Assembly (NCBI GenBank): GCA_965662845.1 | Contig: CBFIJD010000020.1 | Coordinates: forward strand, 1 to 51,422 | Reading direction: 5' to 3' | Source: an uncultured bacterium | GTDB taxonomy: Bacteria; SAR324; NAC60-12 | DNA: 51,422 nt | Shown here: in pieces, positions 9,124 to 18,192 of the stretch | Layout: each line of letters starts with the position of its first letter | How positions within the stretch are numbered: the stretch's first letter is position 1 | Notes under the pieces: model-generated | The model's input: the letters and a program-made list of their open reading frames with translations, nothing else | What the model was told of the DNA's origin: nothing | Databases searched by the model: none | Position numbers and translations under genes: made by a program

Positions 9124-9414
9124 ATGTCTATCCAGATCAGCTTCAAAAATATGCGACAATCCGAGGCCGTCAAAGATCACGTCTATGAGCTCTTCGACGA
9201 CCTTCTCAAGATCACTGACAGCAAATATCCGTTTCATGTGGATCTCACCCAGAACAAAGACGAGAGCTATCACGTGAGCCTTCACTGTAGCTACCAACAC
9301 AAACAGGTTGCGAGCACAGCAGAAGACCGGAATCTTTACAAAGCGCTCTCCAAGGCTGTGGACGCGATTCGCACGCAGATCATTCGCAAAACTGAGAAGC
9401 TACGAGCCTCATAG
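9124..9414 (+). CDS. hpf: Ribosome hibernation factor, short HPF/RaiA family
   Basis: MSIQISFKNMRQSEAVKDHV..., AEDRNLYKALSKAVDAIRTQI..K pattern, 96 aa, GAGGAGG RBS. Confidence 0.85.
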   Translation: MSIQISFKNMRQSEAVKDHVYELFDDLLKITDSKYPFHVDLTQNKDESYHVSLHCSYQHKQVASTAEDRNLYKALSKAVDAIRTQIIRKTEKLRAS

Positions 9415-9442
9415 CAACCCCTACCGACGTATAGCCTCGGCT

Positions 9443-9937
9443 ATGCGTCCCATTTCACAAATGACCATGCGCGCCAAACATCTCCTCCTCACCCTGCTTT
9501 GGATCAGCTCCGCGCCCGCAGCCTTCGCGGGCTGTGACGGAACGATGTTTGGCGTCACCAGCGAAGATCCCCTCCTCTCCTCTGTAGACATCACATTCAC
9601 TCCGGTCTACTCCTCAGCGACCACGTCTGGGACGTCAAATTGCCCTGACTGGGATCTCGCCTCCTATGAGCAGCAAGCACGCTTCCGCTTCCTCGTAGCC
9701 AATCGTGAGCAACTACAAGAACAAATCGCGACAGGTCACGGCGAACACGTGAACGCCCTCGCGACGCTGTTCGCATGCTCCCCCACCGGACAGGCGCAGT
9801 TTGCCAGCTTTTTAAGACTCCACCAACAACGCCTCACCCATCACCTCGATCATTCTAGTCCACAAGTTATCATCCCCGAAATGCAACAGTGGATTCACGC
9901 TCACCCATCTCTGCGCTATGAATGTTCCGCTAGTTAA
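9443..9937 (+). CDS. DUF3015-like secreted protein (copy 1)
   Basis: Signal peptide; GC...SATTSGTSNC; FL.ANREQLQEQIATGHGEHVNALATLFAC. Start may be 9443, 9461 or 9467. Confidence 0.7.
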   Translation: MRPISQMTMRAKHLLLTLLWISSAPAAFAGCDGTMFGVTSEDPLLSSVDITFTPVYSSATTSGTSNCPDWDLASYEQQARFRFLVANREQLQEQIATGHGEHVNALATLFACSPTGQAQFASFLRLHQQRLTHHLDHSSPQVIIPEMQQWIHAHPSLRYECSAS

Positions 9938-10400
9938 ATGGTTGTTTGGAACCCTCCTGCTGCTTGGCGGTGGCGCCTACTCCGCTTCGGCTTGCCATGA
10001 GGGCGGACCGATGGGCTTCGCCAGTGATAATCCGGAAGCGCTCTCTGTAGACATATCGTCTTCCTCGACCTTTGCCTTTGCCAGCACGTCGGGGACCATG
10101 GGTTGCAGCGAGTGGCACCTCTCAGAACGATATGAGCAAGACCGATTTTTGCTCGTCAACTGGGACCACCTTGCGGAAGAAGCGGCGATCAAACCCGACG
10201 TTTACACACAGGGTCTGGCGCTCTTGGCAGGCTGTCCATCACAGGAGCAAAAAGCATTTGGCGACGTTTTGCGTCAAAACCACGCGAGGCTCTTCAGCGC
10301 TGTCGCACCCAATTCCGCCGACGATCGCCAAACCTTCCGCCAACGCCTCAATCACCACCTAGAATCAGCCTCTGTCGGATGCCGCTTGTCCGAATTGTAA
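9918..10400 (+). CDS. DUF3015-like secreted protein (copy 2)
   Basis: Signal peptide; FASTSGTMGC; FLLVNWDHLAEEAA...LALLAGC; paralogue of the upstream gene. Confidence 0.7.
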   Translation: MNVPLVKWLFGTLLLLGGGAYSASACHEGGPMGFASDNPEALSVDISSSSTFAFASTSGTMGCSEWHLSERYEQDRFLLVNWDHLAEEAAIKPDVYTQGLALLAGCPSQEQKAFGDVLRQNHARLFSAVAPNSADDRQTFRQRLNHHLESASVGCRLSEL

Positions 10401-11857
10401 CTTTCCTCTTACTGCAATGCACAGCGGCTCTTGCTTCCGACTCTTTGGCTCTCCGTTTGCTCATCACAGCTGACACAAAAGGGCACTTCTCCACCTCTTA
10501 TCGCTCTTCGCAGAGTGGGTGGTTGCACATCGCCCCCTTGCTCGTTCCCCAACCCAATGAAATCCCCACCATCCGCCTCGACGTGGGTGACACGCTCGGA
10601 GGTTCGTTTTTTGCGCATCACTTTGCCGAAAAATCTGCTGCGCAATTTCCACAGCTCGCCTTGTTGAATCAGCTCCGATGGGATGCGCTCGCTTTAGGAA
10701 ACGCAGATTTTTCCATCGGATTGCCGCGGTTGCAACAAGCCCAAGCTCAAGCCGCGTTCCCTTTTCTGAGCGCCAACGTCTTGCAACCAGACAACACTCG
10801 TCCGTTTTTGCCATACACTATCCTTCAAAAAGGACCGCTGCGCGTGGGAGTGATTGGCGTCACGACACCCGTCACACCCCTGTGGCATGCTGAATCCGTC
10901 GCATCTTTGAAATTTGCCGAGTTGGTTGCGACCGTGCAATCCCAAGTGGACTTCTTACGGCAAACAGAGCGCGTTGATTTACTGGTTGTGTTAGCTCACA
11001 GCGGAACCAATGCTTCCTTTCGCGAGGCCGATGCTCGCTTTGCCGGACTTCCCAACGCGAACGCGGCCGCTTGGATCGCAGATCAAGTGACAGGCATTGA
11101 TCTACTCGTCTCCGCCCACGCGCATCGTGTTTCCCCCTCATCGCCGCAGCGGCAGTCCGCTTATCGCACCCCGGTCGTTGAACCCGGCGCTTTTGGCAAC
11201 GGAGTGATGCAGGTCACTTGGGAAATCGAACGCAAGTCGGCAACGTGGATCATTCAAAAGGCCCAATACGAGTGGCTCGCAGCAAAGGCCGAAGTCGCTG
11301 CACCTTGGCGAGAGTGGCTCCGTTGGCAGCGCGAAGTCGACGACGTGCTCAATGAAACAACGCCTTTCATTTGGCTAGCGCCCCCTACACCAGAGGCCTG
11401 GACACGCTGCACACAAGCCCTATCCCAATTAGCCCTGCCGCCACCTCAACGTGGTTTGCTGCCTCGCTGGAACCTCCGTCGCGGCAACCGACCGCAGCGC
11501 GGCTCGCCACTGAGCCGCAAAAATTTGCACTCCTGGCTGCCCTATCGAAATCATCTACAGCTAATGGAATTGTTGCCCAGCCAAGTGCGGCACTTGCAAT
11601 CACGCGAACTCTTGGCCGTCGGGATCACACCGGAGGCTTCCTCGACGACCGTCTGGCTCACGAACTATCACGCCCGGGGTAACCAAGGCTTCTTTCGCGC
11701 GCTGCTTGCCCCATCGCAGCTCCGCACCCCAGATTTCACGATTTGGCCGGAACGCATCTTCAAGATGCTCAAAACCCTAGAGACCTTGCCCCCCTCTTGT
11801 CACTTCATGGAACGCCTTGAACGACACACCGCCCCTTCTGCCCGCGTGGGTCTCTGA
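10379..11857 (+). CDS. Secreted metallophosphoesterase / 5'-nucleotidase-family protein with degenerate motifs
   Basis: ADTKG, LDVGD, ALGNADF, PFLSANV, RVGVIGVTTP, LAHSG, SAHAH in calcineurin-like motif order. Confidence 0.75.
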   Translation: MPLVRIVTFLLLQCTAALASDSLALRLLITADTKGHFSTSYRSSQSGWLHIAPLLVPQPNEIPTIRLDVGDTLGGSFFAHHFAEKSAAQFPQLALLNQLRWDALALGNADFSIGLPRLQQAQAQAAFPFLSANVLQPDNTRPFLPYTILQKGPLRVGVIGVTTPVTPLWHAESVASLKFAELVATVQSQVDFLRQTERVDLLVVLAHSGTNASFREADARFAGLPNANAAAWIADQVTGIDLLVSAHAHRVSPSSPQRQSAYRTPVVEPGAFGNGVMQVTWEIERKSATWIIQKAQYEWLAAKAEVAAPWREWLRWQREVDDVLNETTPFIWLAPPTPEAWTRCTQALSQLALPPPQRGLLPRWNLRRGNRPQRGSPLSRKNLHSWLPYRNHLQLMELLPSQVRHLQSRELLAVGITPEASSTTVWLTNYHARGNQGFFRALLAPSQLRTPDFTIWPERIFKMLKTLETLPPSCHFMERLERHTAPSARVGL

Positions 11858-12575
11858 CTGGCTGGTCCTGCATGCCCCCAAACTCCACTCTCCAAGGTGG
11901 CTGCCTAGTCAACAACAGCTGTTTCATCTCTGTGTGCGGCACAGCTCTCACACGCAAGAGCTTCTGATTGGAGCCCCGTCGCGCCAGCTGGTTGCCGATT
12001 GGTGGTTTGCGTCGCGTCCTCTGCACACAGCCATCCCTTGGGTTTGGTCTCTCCCTCAACCAAACCCAGATCGTCTCTCCATCAACCGCTTGCTCGAGTG
12101 TGATGCCGTTCCTCTGGGAACCTCCGTTTGGCTGCTTTCCTCCGAAACCGCGCTTCCCTTGAGCACAGAGGCCGTGACTCCAGCTGGAATCACCCAGCCC
12201 GAACGCATCTTTTTCCATGAAGATTGGGCCGCTTGGGTTCCTCGCGTGCTTTGTGTGCCTGACCTGCCAGAGTTCGTCCTTGAGTTCGGCGTTGCCCATC
12301 TGAAGCTGCGTCAACGATACCGCATTCGATGTCTGTTTCGCTTACAGACCAGCGTGCTCCGTTTTGTAGGCTGGAAGATTCAAGAGCGCTGGGGACTAGA
12401 GAGTTCTGTCTCCGAGGAGCAAGTCGTGTGGAGCGTGACCGAGGCGGAGAGAATTGGATTGGAAGGATTGCTCGAAGGCTCTGGGATTTGTTCCCAAGCA
12501 GAGATGAGGCAGGGCAATCATCTGGGGAGAGAGCGGGAGCGGCGACAGCGTTGGAACCGTCGCCTGCAAGAGTGA
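11817..12575 (+). CDS. Hypothetical protein
   Basis: 252-aa ORF overlapping the upstream gene end; no motif recognised. Confidence 0.45.
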   Translation: MNDTPPLLPAWVSDWLVLHAPKLHSPRWLPSQQQLFHLCVRHSSHTQELLIGAPSRQLVADWWFASRPLHTAIPWVWSLPQPNPDRLSINRLLECDAVPLGTSVWLLSSETALPLSTEAVTPAGITQPERIFFHEDWAAWVPRVLCVPDLPEFVLEFGVAHLKLRQRYRIRCLFRLQTSVLRFVGWKIQERWGLESSVSEEQVVWSVTEAERIGLEGLLEGSGICSQAEMRQGNHLGRERERRQRWNRRLQE

Positions 12576-12779
12576 TCAGAATTCGTGGCCGGCTATTTTT
12601 AATGACTCCAAGTTCGCGAAAGGTTCACCCTCTGTCAAAAATGGGTCGTCAAACTCTGTGGAAATTGGCTCCTGGCGAGCAGGGGGGCGCATGATTGCGC
12701 CTCCCTTGGCGAGAAATTGCTGCATTGCGCGATCAATTTCTTCTCGGGTCACAGAGTCGCTTTTTGAAGGTCTCTTCAT
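12576..12779 (-). CDS. Small SutA-like protein (putative RNA polymerase-binding)
   Basis: REEIDRAMQQFLAKGGAI resembles the SutA core R..LA.AMEEFL.RGG.V; ATG 12779 with AGAGG RBS. Confidence 0.6.
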   Translation of the reverse strand: MKRPSKSDSVTREEIDRAMQQFLAKGGAIMRPPARQEPISTEFDDPFLTEGEPFANLESLKIAGHEF

Positions 12780-12801
12780 CAAACCTCTGCAATCCAAGCG
12801 C

Positions 12802-13668
12802 TTAAGCCTCTCCTTCTTTGACAGCGACCGCCGCTTTGTTCGCAGCGTTGTTCCGTCGAGAAGGAGTGGGTTTGGCTTCTGGCTTCGGAGCTTCGCCTTT
12901 CGAAGTTTCCTGGGCGGGTTTCGCTTCTGCGACTGCAGGCTTCGCCGGAGCAGGAGCTGCCGCTTCTGGTTTTGAGCCCCCAGCGTCTGCTGTCTTAGTT
13001 GGCTCTGCTTTTTTGGATTCCTCAGTCTGCGTGAGCTTAGCAGGTTCCACTTTTGGAGCCGGAGACGCAGGCGTAGCGGGTTCTTGTTTTGGGGTTGGGG
13101 CTGCTGCCTTGGCGGGCTCGCTTTTCGGGGCGTCAGCTTTCACCACCGGAGCTTTGATCTCGGTTTTTGCGTTGCGCGCAGACACTCCGGTCAACAGTGG
13201 TTGTCGTTTCACCATTCCCTGAAGGGTGTCTTGCAGTGTGCTCAGTTGACTGGCCGCATAGGCATGAACCACCTTGGTTGCTTTGCGTTCCAACATTTGG
13301 CCGCGCTCAAGGGCATTGTCCATCGCTGAGTGCGATGTCTCCAGCTGCTCTCGCAGGGTCTGATAATGCTGAGTGAGCTGCTGCTCCATACCATTCCATT
13401 GCTTCGTGCTCGCAGGAAAATATTTTTCCATGGTGGTGTGCATCGGCGTCCGCATGCGCGTCTGCTGCTCGTGCATCTGCTGCTGCCATCTCTCGGCTGC
13501 CTCTGTCATGAGTTTGCACGTTTGGTTCAAATGCGCGTAGCGTGACTCAAGCGTTTTTTCGTACGCATCAAACGACATTTGCAAAACCTGCTTGTGCATA
13601 GCGAAGATCTTTTCAAGGTTGGTGCTCAGCTGCTCAGCATACTTCGTAGGCGTTTGGATTTGATTCAT
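12802..13668 (-). CDS. Phasin / PhaF-like granule-associated protein
   Basis: Amphipathic Gln-rich helical N-half plus Pro/Ala/Lys-rich C-terminal tail; PhaR-type palindrome upstream. Confidence 0.55.
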   Translation of the reverse strand: MNQIQTPTKYAEQLSTNLEKIFAMHKQVLQMSFDAYEKTLESRYAHLNQTCKLMTEAAERWQQQMHEQQTRMRTPMHTTMEKYFPASTKQWNGMEQQLTQHYQTLREQLETSHSAMDNALERGQMLERKATKVVHAYAASQLSTLQDTLQGMVKRQPLLTGVSARNAKTEIKAPVVKADAPKSEPAKAAAPTPKQEPATPASPAPKVEPAKLTQTEESKKAEPTKTADAGGSKPEAAAPAPAKPAVAEAKPAQETSKGEAPKPEAKPTPSRRNNAANKAAVAVKEGEA

Positions 13669-13735
13669 AGCTCACCGGATTTTTCAGTTGGGAAGGCTCA
13701 GGATGTAGAGTTCACCCTGTGAATTGATGCCCAAG

Positions 13736-13789
13736 AAGATGCTTTCGTACATCCCTTATGTCAAGCAATTTTGTGCACTGCACAAAATT
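13736..13789 (-). promoter_or_regulatory. Sigma70-type promoter with adjacent PhaR-like operator
   Basis: Perfect inverted repeat AATTTTGTGCA-C-TGCACAAAATT (13767-13789, TGC-N3-GCA core); minus-strand TTGACA at 13764-13759; weak -10 CATCTT 17 bp downstream. Confidence 0.65.
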
Positions 13790-13826
13790 TTTAGCAGCAA
13801 ATCACAACTTTGGTTGCAAATAGGAA

Positions 13827-14105
13827 TCAAGACTCGTTGAGTTCTTCGCGCCAGGTTTTGGCAGGATGGAAGGAGATGACTCGGCGGGCATCGATGCGAT
13901 GTTCGACTTTGCTTTTGGGGTCGCGCCCCGGTCGGGCGACTTTGTCTTTTAGCTCAAACAGACCAAAATTGGTCACCATCAGGTTCTCGCCAGACTCTAA
14001 TGTCTGGCGCATGATCTCCAGCAGTTCGTTGATCAGGTCTTCAGCTTCTCCCTGCGACAATCCGGTTTCTAAACGTACTTTGCGCACAATGTCCGCTTTG
14101 ACCAT
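13827..14105 (-). CDS. IHF/HU family DNA-binding protein (IHF-alpha-like)
   Basis: MVKADIV..., NFGLFELKDKVARPGRDPKS, ARRVISFHP. Confidence 0.9.
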   Translation of the reverse strand: MVKADIVRKVRLETGLSQGEAEDLINELLEIMRQTLESGENLMVTNFGLFELKDKVARPGRDPKSKVEHRIDARRVISFHPAKTWREELNES

Positions 14106-14127
14106 GATGAATTCCTGCGATGAGTGC

Positions 14128-14589
14128 TCAGTTGGAGGAGTCGACTCGGAGGGTGGGTGGTGGAAATGTGCCTTCGTACATCACGTCGCCTGCTTGACTA
14201 TAGTAGGTCCCAACCTGAAAACGACCTCCGCGAAACTCCCCCTGAAACCACCGACGGCCTTTCTGGTCGTACAGTGTGCCCTGTCCGTGGAAGCGTCCTT
14301 CTTGAAACTCCCCTTCGTAGCGAACTTTCCCATTTTTCCAGAACAACTTACCGCGTCCGTGTGCCTTCCGCTCTTGCACCGGACCAAGATAATACAAAAA
14401 TCCGTCACGAAAATATTGTTCTTGGGTAGGACGAAGCGTGGCGCGTGGGAAGACTTCAACGGGTTCTACGGACGGCGCCATAGGGATCTGAGCTAGCAGC
14501 GTTGTCCAAAAAAGCAGAGCGCCGCTCACCAGGCTGACAAATCTCACAAATTGGTAACAAACCGTAAAGGAATGCGCTCGAAACTGCAA
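14128..14589 (-). CDS. MORN-repeat protein (start uncertain)
   Basis: Repeats YLGPV..RKAHGRG, YEGEFQEGRFHGQG, FQGEFRGGRF, YEGTF. Confidence 0.75.
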   Translation of the reverse strand: MQFRAHSFTVCYQFVRFVSLVSGALLFWTTLLAQIPMAPSVEPVEVFPRATLRPTQEQYFRDGFLYYLGPVQERKAHGRGKLFWKNGKVRYEGEFQEGRFHGQGTLYDQKGRRWFQGEFRGGRFQVGTYYSQAGDVMYEGTFPPPTLRVDSSN

Positions 14590-14614
14590 CGCTTTGTTTT
14601 TGCAAAGGAATTAG

Positions 14615-15028
14615 TTAGAGGAACTCGGTCCACAACACGCCAACCCAGACAATCAAGACGGTAAGTAAGCTCAGCAGCACCGCTGCGCTTCCCATATCTT
14701 TCGCCTGTTTGGACAGCACGTGATGGTCCATTGAGATGCGATCTACCACCACTTCAACAGCGGTATTGAGCACCTCGACAATCAGCACAAACAGAACACT
14801 GGCGAGCATCAGCGCGGTTCCCAACACACTCACAGGAAGCAGCAGCGCAAGCGGGATCATGATGCTGGCCATCCAAACTTCTTGACGAAACGCCTCTTCG
14901 CTGGCGTAGCAAGCCTTCAGGCCATCAATGGAAAAGAAGAACGCGTTACGCAGCCGACGCCAGCCGGTGTGCTTCGGAGGGACGGTCTGTTCTCCTTCCG
15001 TTGCAGCAGTGTGTATATCTCGGGACAT
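14615..15028 (-). CDS. dgkA: Diacylglycerol kinase
   Basis: RLRNAFFFSIDGL, EEAFRQE, EVLNTAVEVVVD, AKDMGSAAVL; ATG 15028. Confidence 0.95.
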   Translation of the reverse strand: MSRDIHTAATEGEQTVPPKHTGWRRLRNAFFFSIDGLKACYASEEAFRQEVWMASIMIPLALLLPVSVLGTALMLASVLFVLIVEVLNTAVEVVVDRISMDHHVLSKQAKDMGSAAVLLSLLTVLIVWVGVLWTEFL

Positions 15029-15147
15029 TGGGGTGGAAGCGTGAGAGGGGGTGAAACAAACCTTCAGCAAAAGAAGGCGTGGAGAAAGCAAGCGGGGGCA
15101 GGATGCCTGCTTTCTATTTGATGGTCAACGTATTTACGCTGCCGGCG

Positions 15148-15762
15148 CTAGGCTTTGATGTTCAGACCAGTCTTGGGAGACTGGCTCGGTTGCATGCCCG
15201 CTAAGCCACCGAAATCCTTGATCATTTCCAGAGCACCAAACATGAGGTTCTCTTCGCCAAAATCCTGCATCTTATCGGCAAAAGAGCGCTGAACGCTCTC
15301 CTTAGGTTCCATCAACTCCGCGAAGCGAGGGTTCTTCAGCAGAGCGAACACCGAGAGCGACTTCTCTTCATCGGCCATGCCTTCGGCGACAGCCTCACCC
15401 AGCTCGCTGATGTCTTCGAGCTCGAGCCGCTTGAAATCCGGCAGCTCTTGAATCTCACGCAGCGCCGATTGATTCAGCGTGTCGATCCGGTGTTGCAACG
15501 TCTGTCCAAACTGCTCGGCAGCTTCGTCGGTCAACAACTGCTTTTGTGCCACCTTCTCATAGCTAGACACGACCATCACATACGAGCGGCGCACCGTAAT
15601 GGACTCGCCATGCTGCGACGGCGACTTAATCTGGTTGAGTTTTGGATCCGGCGTCTGCTGCTGAGGAACATCCGGAATGTTGAACGGCAACGATTCGGTG
15701 GCTTTCTCTGACTTGTTTTGAGCATTCGCCTGCGCTTGGGCAGCAGAGTTATTTACCTTCAT
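15148..15762 (-). CDS. Hypothetical protein
   Basis: 204-aa ORF with natural composition, co-directional with its neighbours. Confidence 0.65.
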   Translation of the reverse strand: MKVNNSAAQAQANAQNKSEKATESLPFNIPDVPQQQTPDPKLNQIKSPSQHGESITVRRSYVMVVSSYEKVAQKQLLTDEAAEQFGQTLQHRIDTLNQSALREIQELPDFKRLELEDISELGEAVAEGMADEEKSLSVFALLKNPRFAELMEPKESVQRSFADKMQDFGEENLMFGALEMIKDFGGLAGMQPSQSPKTGLNIKA

Positions 15763-15836
15763 AGCGACTCATTTGGGTTACGTGGACAAAAATTGCTAAT
15801 TCATAGGCATACAAAATATTGACCAACTCCTGAAGT

Positions 15837-17234
15837 CTACTGACTGTTCGCGAAGCGCATCACGCTGTTGATTGAGGATGAAGGAAACAGCCAATAGTCC
15901 GGTTTGTAACCCGCGGGGCTCACTGGACGGCGCTCGTGATCTAAGTGCAGCTGGTGATTGATGGACACGAGAATTCCTGACTGAGGTAGTTGAAACATCG
16001 GGACTAATGAGCTGTCTGGATACGGCCCTGTGTTGCTTCCCAACAGAAAGGCTTGCGGCAGTTGACGACTGAGCGCCACCAAAAACTGGCACCCGGGTCC
16101 GCACTGTTCATTTGCCAGCACAATCAAACGCTTATCCCACTTGGGCGCCCGCGGTTTGCCGTTGAAGAGAAACTTGGTCTCGACCCACTTATGATCGACC
16201 TGTTCTTCTTGCAACCGTTGTTGCAGCGAGAGGTAGACTCCCCGCTGTTGCTGCAACGCGTCCTGCAACCACCCTGAGCGCGGGCGCTGCCGCTCCTGCC
16301 ACTCCATCTGTCGCAACAGCCCTTCCACAATTGCAGAGGACAACTTCTCGCGCACAATCACATTTTGACTGCTCTGCCGCATCACGTCCTGCAGCCACTT
16401 CTCAATAAAACCAAAACTCCCGTCGGTGTTGCCACGCACGTCCATGATCAAAGTCCGAGCGGGCTGCAATCGCGCGGGCAAACGAAAAAAGTCCCTGACC
16501 GCCAACTCCTCATACGCTCCATCTCGCTGCCAACGCACATAAAACACCCGCCCTTCCTCTGCTTGAAACAGCCCGGCGCGCTGCTTTCTTGCGGCAGGCG
16601 ACATCCGAAATAACGGTAGTTTGATGGTTTGAACCCGTTGCAGAGCATCTTCAAACGCGCACTCCAGTTCTTCGGGGAAGCGGTTGGCCTCTACGCCCAA
16701 CATCACGCGCTCTTCGTCCAAGCGCGCAGGAAGAATCGGAAACAGCTTCGTGTCGGCGTCATCACACTTCACAAGGAGGTGGTTCGCGATCTCAGGGAGC
16801 GGGTTTTCTGGCAGAACACGCCAGCGCTTGCCGTCACGCGCTAGTCTCAAATCCGTATAGAGCGCCTGACGCATCGGGAGCTGCTGTTGGTAGTGCCGCC
16901 TTGGCAAATGCAAATCCGCGCGGAAGGTGGGATCTTCGGTGAAAAGCAAGGCATTGAGCAGCTTTTCTTGAAAATGGTGCGTCAGCAGCGGGCGAGGATC
17001 CGTGAGCAGCTCTTGGCGTAAATTGCGGAAAACCGCATCCCAGTCATGCCCTTCTTTGCTCAGCCGCTCATAGTGAACGTAGTGATCCCGAATGAGCTGT
17101 TCGAAGACTTCTAAATCTTCTTGAATTTGAGGAGGGGTTACGTAGGCAGGAGCACGGCGCCAGTCGATTTCTTCAGCAAGGGCCGGCAGGCACCACACCC
17201 AGCCCATCACCAGCAAGAAGAGCAGCAGTCTCAC
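15837..17234 (-). CDS. Secreted S41-peptidase-like protein (catalytic motif altered)
   Basis: Signal peptide after GTG 17234; LIMDVRGNTDG; LIVLANEQCGPGCQ; LLGSNTG; GYKPD. Confidence 0.65.
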   Translation of the reverse strand: MRLLLFLLVMGWVWCLPALAEEIDWRRAPAYVTPPQIQEDLEVFEQLIRDHYVHYERLSKEGHDWDAVFRNLRQELLTDPRPLLTHHFQEKLLNALLFTEDPTFRADLHLPRRHYQQQLPMRQALYTDLRLARDGKRWRVLPENPLPEIANHLLVKCDDADTKLFPILPARLDEERVMLGVEANRFPEELECAFEDALQRVQTIKLPLFRMSPAARKQRAGLFQAEEGRVFYVRWQRDGAYEELAVRDFFRLPARLQPARTLIMDVRGNTDGSFGFIEKWLQDVMRQSSQNVIVREKLSSAIVEGLLRQMEWQERQRPRSGWLQDALQQQRGVYLSLQQRLQEEQVDHKWVETKFLFNGKPRAPKWDKRLIVLANEQCGPGCQFLVALSRQLPQAFLLGSNTGPYPDSSLVPMFQLPQSGILVSINHQLHLDHERRPVSPAGYKPDYWLFPSSSINSVMRFANSQ

Positions 17235-17235
17235 T

Positions 17236-18156
17236 TCAAGCGCCCTTGTTGAGATACACAATGCACTGCACAATGTTGCCGTCGCCTTGATACTCCAGCT
17301 CGTCAAACGCCATCGCCTTCGACATCGCGATGCCGCGTCCGTGGCTGTGAAAGAGGCGCTCTTGATCAATCGTCAGATACTTTTCGTAGTTGAATCCTTT
17401 GCCTTGATCCCGAATGACTAATTTGACCATCTCTTCCGTTCGTTCACACTCCACTTCCGCGTAGCGGTGACCGTATTCGGCGGAGGTCAAGCGTCGATCC
17501 ACTTCAGCGTGCCACTCGTTTTTTTCGTTGAGAGCCGTTTTCTCGTCATACGTGATCCCTAAATTTCCATGCTCAACGGCGTTCAAGCAAAGCTCTTTGA
17601 GGCCGTAGAGCGCTTTCTCGGGTTGCGGGAACAACCGCGCGAGTAGCATGCTGAGATTTTTGACTTCTTCTGGTGTGCGAAAACGGAAGGTCCCTTGGCG
17701 CAGCAGCTCGATTGATTCGCGGGACTCCTCGATTTCGCGCAGCGCGGCGCGCTCCTCATGCATTTGCCCGCAAACTCGTTGCAACACTTCTAAGAACGTG
17801 TCCAGAACGAGCGGCTTGCTGATGAAGTTTTTGATGCCGAGATTGATCAGCTCCATCAAATATTGCGACTCATCGTGCGCAGAGATCACAATGACGGTTT
17901 GGTTCGGATTTTGCGCTAGGATTTGACGGGACATCTCGATGCCGTTCATGTTGGGCATGTTGATGTCCGTCACGACAATGTCGCAGGGCTGTTCGAGATA
18001 GCGCGCGAGGCCCTGTTCGCCATCAGGAGCCAGCACAATGTCGGTGAAAAAGTTGGAGAGTAGCTCGGAGGTCTCTTCCTGCAAAAATTCGTCGTCTTCA
18101 ACATACAAAACGGTGAAGCCCGCAGCGGCAGCCGACAGGCTCTTGAGGTCTAGCAT
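17236..18156 (-). CDS. Response regulator receiver + HATPase_c (RsbW-like) fusion
   Basis: VLYVEDD, TDINMP, FISKP receiver; ELCLNAVEHGN, IRDQGKGF, HGRGI ATP-binding boxes; no HisKA. Confidence 0.85.
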   Translation of the reverse strand: MLDLKSLSAAAAGFTVLYVEDDEFLQEETSELLSNFFTDIVLAPDGEQGLARYLEQPCDIVVTDINMPNMNGIEMSRQILAQNPNQTVIVISAHDESQYLMELINLGIKNFISKPLVLDTFLEVLQRVCGQMHEERAALREIEESRESIELLRQGTFRFRTPEEVKNLSMLLARLFPQPEKALYGLKELCLNAVEHGNLGITYDEKTALNEKNEWHAEVDRRLTSAEYGHRYAEVECERTEEMVKLVIRDQGKGFNYEKYLTIDQERLFHSHGRGIAMSKAMAFDELEYQGDGNIVQCIVYLNKGA

Positions 18157-18192
18157 GGAAGTCCTTGTAGCGACGGTGTGGATGGCATGGCG

